Source of the DNA: Chitinophagaceae bacterium
Lineage (GTDB): Bacteria > Bacteroidota > Bacteroidia > Chitinophagales > Chitinophagaceae
Direction of reading: 5' to 3'
NCBI GenBank assembly: GCA_017856545.1
Contig: JAFMEV010000001.1
Coordinates: 66,231-130,230 of the forward strand
DNA: 64,000 nt
Of this stretch, positions 40,451 to 49,245 are shown piece after piece (position 1 is the stretch's first letter; every line of letters begins with the position of its first letter). The position numbers and the translations under genes were made by a program. The notes beneath the pieces were generated by a model. It was not told where the DNA came from. It saw only the letters and a list, made by a program, of their open reading frames with translations, and ran no database searches.

Positions 40451-41317
40451 TTATTGATAAACTCTAACATAATCTACTTCCATTCTTACAGGAAAAATAC
40501 TATCGTCAATTGTTGATCCGCCGAAGTTTCCACCAATAGCCAAATTCATTAGTAAATATTGTGGTGCAATAAATGGATAAAAATCAACTCCTCTTCCATC
40601 ATTATTTACAGTGAAATAAAGCACATCGTCAATATAAAATTGTAAACGCTCTTTAGTCCAGTCTAATTTAAAAACACGAAAATCATTAGATATACCATTG
40701 ACTCTTTTACTAAATGTTTGTTGTGTTCCTAATGTCCAGTTAAGTCTTTTTGTATGTATGGACCAAAACATAACATCTTGATCTTTACCAACATGTTCCA
40801 TGATATCAATTTCACCACAAGCTGGCCATCCAACTGAATTGATATTCTCTCCTAACATCCATATTGCTGGCCAAGTTCCAAACCCTTTTGGAATTTTAGC
40901 TCTCACTTCAATTCTACCATAGGTCCAAGTTGTTTTTCCTAAGGTGATTAATCTTGCTGAAGTATATGACTTCCCTCCTCTATTTTCTTTTCTTGCTTCA
41001 ATGATTAATTTACCATTTTCTATTCTTGCATTGGTTAATTCATTGGTATAAAATTGAGCTTCGTTATTGCCCCATCCATTTGAGCCAGTACCGATATTAT
41101 ATGCCCACTTTGTAGAATCTGGTGCACCATCCTTACTGAACTCATCAGACCAAACTAATTTTCTAGTTGTATCAGTGGTTGGAGTAGGTGGAGTTGGTGT
41201 AGTCGGGACAGTTGGTGTGGTAACTTCTGCAATAGGAGGAGGTGCAGGGGTTTCTTTTTGAGCACAAAAGCTTACTGAAACAATACAAATAATTAAACTA
41301 AATGGTAGTAATCTCAT
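40451..41317 (-). CDS. GH16 beta-glucanase (laminarinase-like), probable lipoprotein with Pro/Thr linker
   Basis: WSDEF, GWGNNE, YTSARL, WPAIWML, catalytic EIDIME, MEVDYVRVYQ; Cys18 after a hydrophobic signal. Confidence 0.9.
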   Translation of the reverse strand: MRLLPFSLIICIVSVSFCAQKETPAPPPIAEVTTPTVPTTPTPPTPTTDTTRKLVWSDEFSKDGAPDSTKWAYNIGTGSNGWGNNEAQFYTNELTNARIENGKLIIEARKENRGGKSYTSARLITLGKTTWTYGRIEVRAKIPKGFGTWPAIWMLGENINSVGWPACGEIDIMEHVGKDQDVMFWSIHTKRLNWTLGTQQTFSKRVNGISNDFRVFKLDWTKERLQFYIDDVLYFTVNNDGRGVDFYPFIAPQYLLMNLAIGGNFGGSTIDDSIFPVRMEVDYVRVYQ

Positions 41318-41411
41318 AGATCTGTGTATTTTAATAGTCGAGTTTATGTTATTATAATCTACAATTTATGTAAAAACCTTGTTTTTTGTTGCTTAATTTA
41401 TAAAAGCTGCC

Positions 41412-41419
41412 TAAATTTG
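41412..41419 (+). promoter_or_regulatory. his operon -7 promoter element TAAATTTG
   Basis: Exact TAnnTTTG match 4 nt before the leader ATG. Confidence 0.75.
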
Positions 41420-41423
41420 CGCC

Positions 41424-41474
41424 ATGAACTTAAACAAACATATCCATCATCATCATTTGCTATCCAAAAGGTAA
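41424..41474 (+). CDS. hisL: his operon leader peptide MNLNKHIHHHHLLSKR
   Basis: ATG...CAT ATC CAT CAT CAT CAT...TAA (5 His, 4 consecutive) directly upstream of a terminator and hisG; too short for the ORF track. Confidence 0.9.
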   Translation: MNLNKHIHHHHLLSKR

Positions 41475-41540
41475 GCTGGGATGTAGGTATGTATATACTA
41501 TATTTAACCAAAGGGCTTACTAACTAGTAAGCCCTTTTAA
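41470..41540 (+). promoter_or_regulatory. his transcriptional attenuator (antiterminator plus terminator)
   Basis: Terminator stem aaagggcttacta / tagtaagcccttt (41510-41537, 13 bp); competing helix ggtaagct (41470-41477) with ggcttact (41514-41521). Confidence 0.85.
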
Positions 41541-41557
41541 TTTATAATGAAACGAAC

Positions 41558-42412
41558 ATGAAACTAAAATTAGCTATTCAAAAATCCGGAAGATTGCAAG
41601 AAGACTCTATGAGACTTTTGAAGGAATGTGGTATTGATATAGGTGCTGGTGTAAATAAGCTAAAAGCAGAAGCAAACAATTTTCCAGTGGAGTTGTTTTT
41701 TTTAAGAGATGATGATATTCCTCAATATGTAGAAGATGGGGTTGCTGATATTGGATTTGTGGGAGAGAATGTTGTGTTTGAAAAAAATAAAAAAGTAGAC
41801 ATTGCCTATGCTTTAGGATTTGGAAAATGCAGATTAAGTTTTGCGGTAAGAAAAGATGAAAATTATACCGGTGCTTCTTTTTTACAAGGCAAAAAAATTG
41901 CAACAAGTTATCCTGTTATTGTACAGAACTACTTGGATAATAATAATGTTAAAGCAGAGATACATGAAATTAGCGGGAGTGTCGAAATTGCTCCAGGTAT
42001 TGGACTAGCAGATGTGGTTTGTGATTTAGTAAGTAGTGGCTCTACCTTATTTATGAACGGGTTAAAAGAAGTGGAAACTATTTTACAATCTCAGGCTGTC
42101 TTGATAAAAAGAAAAGAGTTAAGTGTTGAGGCAAAATTAATATTAGAAAGTTTATTGTTTAGAATTGAATCAGTTAAAAAGGCTAATAAAAATAAATATG
42201 TGTTATTGAATGCTCCTAATGATCAATTGCCTAAAATTATTTCTTTATTACCTGGTATGAAAAGTCCAACTGTATTGCCTTTAGCATCACCTGGATGGAG
42301 TAGTGTTCACAGTGTCATTGCAGAAAGTGATTTTTGGGAAATCATAGAGCAATTAAAAGCAGCAGGAGCTGAAGGTATTTTAGTTATTCCTATTGAAAAA
42401 ATGATATTATAA
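41558..42412 (+). CDS. hisG: ATP phosphoribosyltransferase, long form
   Basis: AIQKSGRL, LRDDDIP, DIGFVGEN, IATSYP, GSVEIAP, DLVSSGSTL, C-terminal regulatory domain. Confidence 0.97.
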   Translation: MKLKLAIQKSGRLQEDSMRLLKECGIDIGAGVNKLKAEANNFPVELFFLRDDDIPQYVEDGVADIGFVGENVVFEKNKKVDIAYALGFGKCRLSFAVRKDENYTGASFLQGKKIATSYPVIVQNYLDNNNVKAEIHEISGSVEIAPGIGLADVVCDLVSSGSTLFMNGLKEVETILQSQAVLIKRKELSVEAKLILESLLFRIESVKKANKNKYVLLNAPNDQLPKIISLLPGMKSPTVLPLASPGWSSVHSVIAESDFWEIIEQLKAAGAEGILVIPIEKMIL

Positions 42413-42413
42413 A

Positions 42414-43706
42414 ATGAATCTTGTCATCAATCCGCCGAAGAAAGAATGGTCTGAAATTATACAAAGACCAGTATTTGATGCTAAAAGCTTAATGCCAATG
42501 GTGCAGGAAGTATTGAACGCCATTCAGGAAAAGGGAGATCAGGCGGTTAAGGATTATACGCTTTCTTTTGATCAAGTAAATTTATCGTCTATACAATTAA
42601 ATGAAGATCAAATTAATCAAATAGCTTCTACATTGGACAGTCATGTAAAGAAGGCCATTGAAGTAGCTAAAATTAATATTGAAAAATTTCACCAAACCCA
42701 ATTACAAAAAGTAGAAAAAATTGAAACCATGCCAGGGGTGTGGTGTTGGAGAAAATCTATTGGTATTGAAAAAGTTGGAATGTATATTCCTGGAGGAACT
42801 GCTCCGCTTTTTTCAACAGTTTTAATGTTGGGTATACCAGCTAGCATTGCGGGATGTAAAGAAATTATTTTATGTACTCCGCCGAATAAAGATGGAAAAA
42901 TAGATGCAGCTATTGCTTATGCTGCACAATTAATTGGTATCAAAAATATCTACACCATTGGTGGAGTTCAAGCCATAGGTGCAATGGCTTTTGGTACGGA
43001 ATCCGTTCCTAAAGTATATAAGATTTTTGGACCTGGGAATCAGTATGTAACAGCTGCTAAACAATTGGTTCAACAGTATGGAACTGCTATTGATATGCCT
43101 GCTGGTCCGAGTGAAGTTTGTGTTTGGGCAGATGAAACAGCGATACCTTCTTTTGTTGCTGCGGATTTATTATCTCAAGCAGAACATGGTGCAGATAGTC
43201 AGGTTTTATTAGTAGCTAGTGAAGAAAAAATCGTCGAACAAGTCAAGCAAGCTTTGAATGAACAATTGCTTCTCTTGCCAAGAAAAGATTTTGCAGAAAA
43301 GGCATTGGCTAATTCTAAAGCAATTGTAATACATGAAACTGAACAAGCTTTAGCATTGATCAACGAATATGCGCCAGAACATTTAATTTTATCCATACAG
43401 CAAGCAGAAATGATGGCAGAAAAAGTATGGAATGCAGGATCGGTATTTATTGGCAATTATTCTCCAGAATCAGTAGGAGATTATGCAAGTGGAACCAATC
43501 ATACCTTGCCAACCAATGGGTATGCAAAAGCGTATAGCGGGGTTAGTGTAGATAGCTTTGTGAAAAAAATTACTTTTCAGCAATTAACAGAAAGAGGCTT
43601 AACCAATATCGCTCAAACAGTAATGGATATGGCCAAAGCGGAAAGTTTAGATGCGCATTCAAAAGCAGTTCAAATAAGAGTAGATCATATCAACAATAAC
43701 AAATAA
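42414..43706 (+). CDS. hisD: Histidinol dehydrogenase
   Basis: GMYIPGGTAPLFS, GPGNQYV, DMPAGPSE, DLLSQAEHG, APEHL, GDYASGTNHTLPT. Confidence 0.97.
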   Translation: MNLVINPPKKEWSEIIQRPVFDAKSLMPMVQEVLNAIQEKGDQAVKDYTLSFDQVNLSSIQLNEDQINQIASTLDSHVKKAIEVAKINIEKFHQTQLQKVEKIETMPGVWCWRKSIGIEKVGMYIPGGTAPLFSTVLMLGIPASIAGCKEIILCTPPNKDGKIDAAIAYAAQLIGIKNIYTIGGVQAIGAMAFGTESVPKVYKIFGPGNQYVTAAKQLVQQYGTAIDMPAGPSEVCVWADETAIPSFVAADLLSQAEHGADSQVLLVASEEKIVEQVKQALNEQLLLLPRKDFAEKALANSKAIVIHETEQALALINEYAPEHLILSIQQAEMMAEKVWNAGSVFIGNYSPESVGDYASGTNHTLPTNGYAKAYSGVSVDSFVKKITFQQLTERGLTNIAQTVMDMAKAESLDAHSKAVQIRVDHINNNK

Positions 43707-43712
43707 GTACTT

Positions 43713-44777
43713 ATGGCATTTGATATTTTAAAAGTGGTGAGACCTAATATTGCAAATCTAAAACCATATTCCTCTGCAAAAGATGAATATAGTGGGGAAG
43801 CAAAAATATTGTTGGATGCCAATGAAAATGCATTGGGTTCTCCTTTGACTAAATGGTATAACAGATATCCAGACCCTTATCAAAAGCAAGTAAAGGATAA
43901 AATTTCTTTTATAAAACAGGTTCCGACGAACCAAATTTTTTTAGGAAATGGGAGTGATGAAATTATCTCCTTGTTGTTCACTGCTTTTTGTGAACCTGGG
44001 AAAGATAATATAATTATTTGCCCCCCTACTTATCCAATGTATGAAGTAAATGCAAATATTCATAATATTGAAATTAAGTCAGCACCTTTATTACCCGATT
44101 TTCAATTAAATATTGCACATATTGAACAGTTGGTCAATGCGAACACTAAAATTATATGGATCTGTTCACCCAATAATCCAACGGGCAATTCATTAGATAG
44201 AATTGATATTGAAACTGTGTTAAATCATTTCGATGGTTTAGTAGTGGTTGATGAAGCATATATTAATTTTTCGAAGCAAAAATCTTTTTGTCAATCATTA
44301 ATTGATTATCCTAATCTAGTAGTATTGCAAACCTTGAGTAAGGCATGGGGTTTGGCAGGATTAAGGTTGGGTATGGCTTTTGCTAGCGAAGCAATTGTGG
44401 GGTATTTAAATAAAGTCAAAGCGCCTTATAATATTAATTTACCGGCCCAAGAACTCACATTAAAAGCATTAGAAGAAGTAGGACAAGTAAATGACATGAT
44501 TCAAGAGTTGGTTCAATTAAGGATTGCATTGGCTGGTGTATTTGAAGAAATGCCCATAGTAGAAGTAGTGTATCCTTCAGATACGAATTTCTTACTGATA
44601 AAAATCCCCAATGCGACAAAATTGTATCAATTTCTTCTCACTAAGGGAATTGTGGTAAGGGATCGTTCCATTTTACCTAATTGTGCGGATACTTTGAGGA
44701 TTACCGTGGGTACAGAACAAGAAAATACTGCCTTAGTGGATGCCATGATTGAATGGATGGAACAACAATTAACTTAA
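43713..44777 (+). CDS. hisC: Histidinol-phosphate aminotransferase
   Basis: LDANEN, NRYPDP, GNGSDE, CSPNNPTG, VDEAY, TLSKAWGLAGLRLG. Confidence 0.96.
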   Translation: MAFDILKVVRPNIANLKPYSSAKDEYSGEAKILLDANENALGSPLTKWYNRYPDPYQKQVKDKISFIKQVPTNQIFLGNGSDEIISLLFTAFCEPGKDNIIICPPTYPMYEVNANIHNIEIKSAPLLPDFQLNIAHIEQLVNANTKIIWICSPNNPTGNSLDRIDIETVLNHFDGLVVVDEAYINFSKQKSFCQSLIDYPNLVVLQTLSKAWGLAGLRLGMAFASEAIVGYLNKVKAPYNINLPAQELTLKALEEVGQVNDMIQELVQLRIALAGVFEEMPIVEVVYPSDTNFLLIKIPNATKLYQFLLTKGIVVRDRSILPNCADTLRITVGTEQENTALVDAMIEWMEQQLT

Positions 44778-44809
44778 TTATTTGTTAACTTGCTATATAA
44801 ACATTGAAA

Positions 44810-46057
44810 ATGAAAAAAATACAGAACCTATTTTTATTATCCATCATCATGATGGCTTGTACAGTAAATGCACAAGACAATGCTGGTTTAAGATTGCCAG
44901 CTGGTTTTTCAGCAACTTTATTTGCCAATAATATTGGTAGTTCAAGACATATCAGTATAACAAAATCTGGTATTGTTTTTGCCAAATTAAATGCTCCAAA
45001 CAAAGAAGGTAAAGCCATTATTAGACTAGAAGATGCTAATAAAGATGGTATTGCAGATAAGATAAACGGATGGGGAAATTATGGTGGAACAGGTATTTAT
45101 GTAAGAGATAAAAATTTATATGCAAGTTCTGATCAAGGAATATTCTTGTATCAATTAAATGATCAAGATGAAGTAGTGAATCCAACAACTCCTAAAGTCA
45201 TTGTAAAAGATTTAATTGACAGAAGACAACATTCTTCTAAATCTATTACTTTGGATCCACAAGGAAATATTTATGTGAATATTGGTGCTTATTCTAATGC
45301 TTGTCAAGAAAAAGATAGAATGCCAGGTTCAAAAGGAATGATGCCTTGTCCTATCTTAGATTCTGCGGGTGGTATTTGGAAATTTGATGGACAAAAAGAA
45401 AACCAAGTTTATGGTGACGGGAAGCGTTACGCTACTGGTTTAAGAAATGTAATTGGGTTAGATTGGAATACACAGACCAATAGTTTATTTGTAACGCAAC
45501 ATGGAAGAGATCAATTGAATTCTTTTTATCCTCAATATTATAGTGACAACCAAAATGCTGAATTACCTGCAGAAACAATGTATGAGGTAAAAGAAGGTGA
45601 TGATTGCGGATGGCCTTATGTATATTATGATCCTTATCAAAAGAAAAAAATATTATCTCCAGAATATGGTGGAGATGGTAAAAAAGAAGGCGCTCCAAAT
45701 GCGTTAAATCCAACGATGTCATTTCCTGCGCATATGGCACCAATGTCTTTGTTATTTTATAAAGGAACCCAGTTCCCAGAAAGATATCAACAAGGTGCAT
45801 TTATTGCTTTCCATGGTTCTTGGAACAGAGCGCCATTACCACAAGAAGGTTATTTTGTAGCTTTTGTGCCTTATAAGAATGGTAAACCATCAGGAGAATG
45901 GGAAATTTTTGCAAACGGGTTTGCAGGTACTGAAATTGTCACAAATCCAAGATTAGCGAAAGCAAGACCTTGTGGTTTAGCTGAAGGGCCTGATGGTTCA
46001 TTATATGTGTGTGATGATAACAAGGGTGCCATTTTTAAAATCAGTTTTAATAAATAA
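44810..46057 (+). CDS. Secreted PQQ-dependent sugar/sorbosone dehydrogenase (beta-propeller)
   Basis: Signal peptide; TGLRN, TQHGRDQL, LPAE, GWPY, HMAPM.L.FY, AFHGSWNR.P..GY, RPCGLA.GPDGSLYV.DD; TAACTTGC promoter-like box at 44786-44793. Confidence 0.85.
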   Translation: MKKIQNLFLLSIIMMACTVNAQDNAGLRLPAGFSATLFANNIGSSRHISITKSGIVFAKLNAPNKEGKAIIRLEDANKDGIADKINGWGNYGGTGIYVRDKNLYASSDQGIFLYQLNDQDEVVNPTTPKVIVKDLIDRRQHSSKSITLDPQGNIYVNIGAYSNACQEKDRMPGSKGMMPCPILDSAGGIWKFDGQKENQVYGDGKRYATGLRNVIGLDWNTQTNSLFVTQHGRDQLNSFYPQYYSDNQNAELPAETMYEVKEGDDCGWPYVYYDPYQKKKILSPEYGGDGKKEGAPNALNPTMSFPAHMAPMSLLFYKGTQFPERYQQGAFIAFHGSWNRAPLPQEGYFVAFVPYKNGKPSGEWEIFANGFAGTEIVTNPRLAKARPCGLAEGPDGSLYVCDDNKGAIFKISFNK

Positions 46058-46059
46058 GC

Positions 46060-46455
46060 ATGAAGTATTTGATTCAATGTTGTTTCATTGGTTTATTAAG
46101 CTTTTCTGCACAAAAAGCTACTGCACAAAATATGGCCAATGGTAAAAAAATATATGAAACAAGATGTTTGGTATGCCATCAAGCAGACGGAGGTGGGGTA
46201 CCCAATATGAATGCACCATTAGATGGAGCAAGCAATGTGGTGGGTAATGATATAGCTAGATTGGTCAAAATCATTCGTAATGGATATAATGAAAGAGTTG
46301 CTTTAGATGGGTATTATTATAGCAATGCAATGACGGCTAATCCAGATTTAAAGGATGCAGATATAGCAGACGTATTATCTTATATAAGAAATAGCTGGAC
46401 TAATAAGGCATCTAAAATAACGCTTGCTCAAGTGCAAAAAGTAAAAAAGAAATAA
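46060..46455 (+). CDS. Periplasmic monoheme c-type cytochrome
   Basis: Signal peptide ATA-Q; CLVCH heme motif; distal Met in NAMTA; ADVLSYIRNSW. Confidence 0.92.
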   Translation: MKYLIQCCFIGLLSFSAQKATAQNMANGKKIYETRCLVCHQADGGGVPNMNAPLDGASNVVGNDIARLVKIIRNGYNERVALDGYYYSNAMTANPDLKDADIADVLSYIRNSWTNKASKITLAQVQKVKKK

Positions 46456-47585
46456 TGAGACCCATACTTTTTATTGATAGAGATGGCGTGATTTTAGAAG
46501 AACCCAAAGCGGATTTTCAAATTGATCATATTGATAAAACAGTATTTGTTAAAGGGGCTATTTCTACCTTGAAACAAATTGCGGAAGAGTTTGGTTTTTA
46601 CAAAGTAATGGTTACCAATCAGGATGGTTTAGGAACTGATGCTTTTCCTTTTTCCGATTTTGAACCTTATCAATCTTTAATGATAAGAACACTTGCGGGA
46701 GAAGGTTTTGTATTTGACGAGGTATTTGTAGATAAAAGTTTTGCAAAAGATAATCAACCAACAAGAAAGCCTGGTACTGGTATGTTGACTGCTTTATTGA
46801 ACAATGAGTCTTTTGATTTGGCTAACTCATATGTGATTGGCGATAGATGGTCAGATATAGCACTGGCAAAAAATATTGGTTGTAAAGCCATTTATTTAAA
46901 ATCTCCCTTACACCAATTAACGGCTGAGCAGGAATTAGCATTGAGACCTTTTATTGCTTTTGAAACAGATCAGTGGAATGCTATTTATAGTTTTCTCAAA
47001 ATAGGCTTGAGAAAAGTATTACATGAAAGGAATACCAAAGAAACCAAAATTCAAATCGAATTGAATTTAGATGGAAATGGGAATGCACAAATACATACAG
47101 GTCTAGGTTTTTTTGATCATATGCTGGAACAAATTGCCAGACATGGTGGATTGGATTTAAGGATACAATGCGATGGTGATTTGCATATTGATGAACATCA
47201 TACTATTGAAGATGTAGGTATTGCTTTAGGTGAAGCATTCGGAAAAGGACTTATAGATAAAAGAGGTATGGAGCGATATGGTTTTGCATTACCCATGGAT
47301 GAAGCAGCGGCTAAAGTATTGATTGATTTTGGAGGTAGAAATTGGTTGGTTTGGGATGCTCATTTCAAAAGAGAAAAAATTGGAGATATGCCAACAGAAA
47401 TGTTTTTTCATTTCTTTAAATCTTTTAGTGATGCCGCTAAGGCCAATGTAAATATCAGTTGTCAAGGTGATAATGAGCATCATAAAATTGAAGCTATTTT
47501 TAAAGCTTTTGCCAAAGCGATTAAAATGGCAGTAAAGCGAAATCCTTATAGCGATGCTTTGCCGAGCACTAAGGGAGTATTATAA
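46455..47585 (+). CDS. hisB: Bifunctional histidinol-phosphatase / imidazoleglycerol-phosphate dehydratase
   Basis: HAD motifs FIDRDG, TNQDG, RKP, GDR; IGPD motifs FFDHML, DEHHTIED, NEHHKIEA; TAATG overlap with the cytochrome gene. Confidence 0.96.
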   Translation: MRPILFIDRDGVILEEPKADFQIDHIDKTVFVKGAISTLKQIAEEFGFYKVMVTNQDGLGTDAFPFSDFEPYQSLMIRTLAGEGFVFDEVFVDKSFAKDNQPTRKPGTGMLTALLNNESFDLANSYVIGDRWSDIALAKNIGCKAIYLKSPLHQLTAEQELALRPFIAFETDQWNAIYSFLKIGLRKVLHERNTKETKIQIELNLDGNGNAQIHTGLGFFDHMLEQIARHGGLDLRIQCDGDLHIDEHHTIEDVGIALGEAFGKGLIDKRGMERYGFALPMDEAAAKVLIDFGGRNWLVWDAHFKREKIGDMPTEMFFHFFKSFSDAAKANVNISCQGDNEHHKIEAIFKAFAKAIKMAVKRNPYSDALPSTKGVL

Positions 47586-47661
47586 TGGCTAAGATTTGGT
47601 AGAATAGGGTGTTTTTTGAAGTATTTTTTCAATTTTTTGGGCATCTAAAGCATAAAATGAG

Positions 47662-47669
47662 TAAATTTG
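47662..47669 (+). promoter_or_regulatory. trp operon -7 promoter element TAAATTTG
   Basis: Exact TAnnTTTG match 7 nt before the leader ATG; TTTG at 47636-47639. Confidence 0.75.
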
Positions 47670-47676
47670 CTCTGCA

Positions 47677-47733
47677 ATGAAAACAATAAACAATTTTTGG
47701 TGGTGGCATACAAACTCCGTTGGGGTATTGTAA
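47677..47733 (+). CDS. trpL: trp operon leader peptide MKTINNFWWWHTNSVGVL
   Basis: ATG...TGG TGG TGG CAT...TAA upstream of a terminator and trpE. Confidence 0.92.
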   Translation: MKTINNFWWWHTNSVGVL

Positions 47734-47797
47734 TGACATAGCCATTATTGTCAACTTATACATAAACCCCGACATATTTGTCGGGGTTTATTTTTTT
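47719..47797 (+). promoter_or_regulatory. trp transcriptional attenuator (antiterminator plus terminator)
   Basis: Terminator ataaaccccgaca-tatt-tgtcggggtttat plus T-tract (47762-47797); competing helix gttggggt (47719-47726) with accccgac (47766-47773). Confidence 0.9.
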
Positions 47798-47817
47798 AAT
47801 GAAGAAATTGGAGCTGA

Positions 47818-49224
47818 ATGCAAAAAAAGATGATACATACGGAAGTGACTCAATTATTGGCAGATACCTATACGCCAGTGGGTATTTATTTGAGATTGAG
47901 AGATCGATTTAGAGATACAATTCTATTGGAAAGTACCGATTCGCATGCTTCTGAGAATAGCTATTCCTTTATTGCAGTGAATGCAATTGGTGGAATAGAA
48001 ATTTCTTCGATGAATGAGATTGAGTATAAATATCCTCAGCAAGCACCAATTAAAGAAAGTATACAAGAAATTCAATCTGCTCCAGATAGATTATGGGCAT
48101 ATATGAAAGAGTATACATTTTCTAGTAGTACCAAAGAAGCTAAATATGCTCAAGGCTTATATGGATATACAGCCTATGATGCAATTCCATTTTTTGATTC
48201 CATTGAATTTAAAGAAGGGTCGCCTATCATTCCCTTAATGCGTTACAGATTATATCAATATGTATTAGCATTTAATCACTTTAAAGATGAGTTGTATATC
48301 TGTGAAAATAAGATGGAGGGTATCGAATCTGAACTAGATGCTTTAGTGGGCTACATTAAAAATAAGGATGTTCCACAATATCCTTTTTCCCTAATTGGTC
48401 AAGAAAGCTCTAATCAAACAGATGATCAATACAGAGAAGCTGTTAAAAAAGGCATTCAGCATTGTATGAGAGGAGATGTTTTTCAGATGGTATTAAGTAG
48501 AAGGTTTCAGCAATCTTTTCAAGGTGACGAGTTTAATGTATACAGATCATTAAGAAATATTAATCCGTCTCCTTATTTATTCTTTTTTGATTATGGTGAT
48601 TATAAATTAATGGGATCTTCTCCTGAAGCACAAATAATTATCAATAATGGGAAAGCCATAGTTCATCCAATCGCAGGTACATTTAAAAGATCTGGAGATG
48701 AGGCATTGGATGCAACAATGACCCAAAAATTATTAGATGATCCTAAAGAAAATGCTGAACATGTGATGCTTGTTGATCTAGCTAGAAATGATTTAAGTAG
48801 AGTTTGTACAAAAGTGAGTGTAAAAGCATATAGACAAGTACATTATTATAGTCATGTGATTCATTTAGTAAGTGAAGTGGTAGGTGATGTTACTGAAGGG
48901 TCAAATCCTTTTCAATTGATTGCAAAAACTTTTCCAGCCGGAACTTTAAGCGGTGCACCAAAATTTAAAGCTATGCAATTAATTGATGCTATTGAACCCA
49001 CCAAGCGATCCTATTATGGGGGTTGTATTGGTTTTGTAGGTTTTGATGGTTCTTGTAATCAAGCAATCATGATTCGTACTTTTTTAAGCAGGCATAATAC
49101 CTTAATCTATCAGGCGGGTGCAGGTGTGGTTGCGGCAAGTGTTCCAGAAAGCGAATTACAAGAAGTCAATAACAAACTGAATGCATTAAAAAACGCAATG
49201 CTTCTTGCAGAAAATATACATTAA
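47818..49224 (+). CDS. trpE: Anthranilate synthase component I
   Basis: ADTYTPV, ILLES, GDVFQMVLS, NPSPY, GSSPE, PIAGT, KENAEHVMLVDLARND, FPAGTLSGAPK, QAGAGVV. Confidence 0.96.
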   Translation: MQKKMIHTEVTQLLADTYTPVGIYLRLRDRFRDTILLESTDSHASENSYSFIAVNAIGGIEISSMNEIEYKYPQQAPIKESIQEIQSAPDRLWAYMKEYTFSSSTKEAKYAQGLYGYTAYDAIPFFDSIEFKEGSPIIPLMRYRLYQYVLAFNHFKDELYICENKMEGIESELDALVGYIKNKDVPQYPFSLIGQESSNQTDDQYREAVKKGIQHCMRGDVFQMVLSRRFQQSFQGDEFNVYRSLRNINPSPYLFFFDYGDYKLMGSSPEAQIIINNGKAIVHPIAGTFKRSGDEALDATMTQKLLDDPKENAEHVMLVDLARNDLSRVCTKVSVKAYRQVHYYSHVIHLVSEVVGDVTEGSNPFQLIAKTFPAGTLSGAPKFKAMQLIDAIEPTKRSYYGGCIGFVGFDGSCNQAIMIRTFLSRHNTLIYQAGAGVVAASVPESELQEVNNKLNALKNAMLLAENIH

Positions 49225-49245
49225 TCAACATTGAATTTATAAATA

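Noticed and set aside
44778-46455. Dehydrogenase-cytochrome cassette as a mobile element
   Set aside because: No recombinase, flanking repeats or obvious composition shift; it is translationally coupled to hisB
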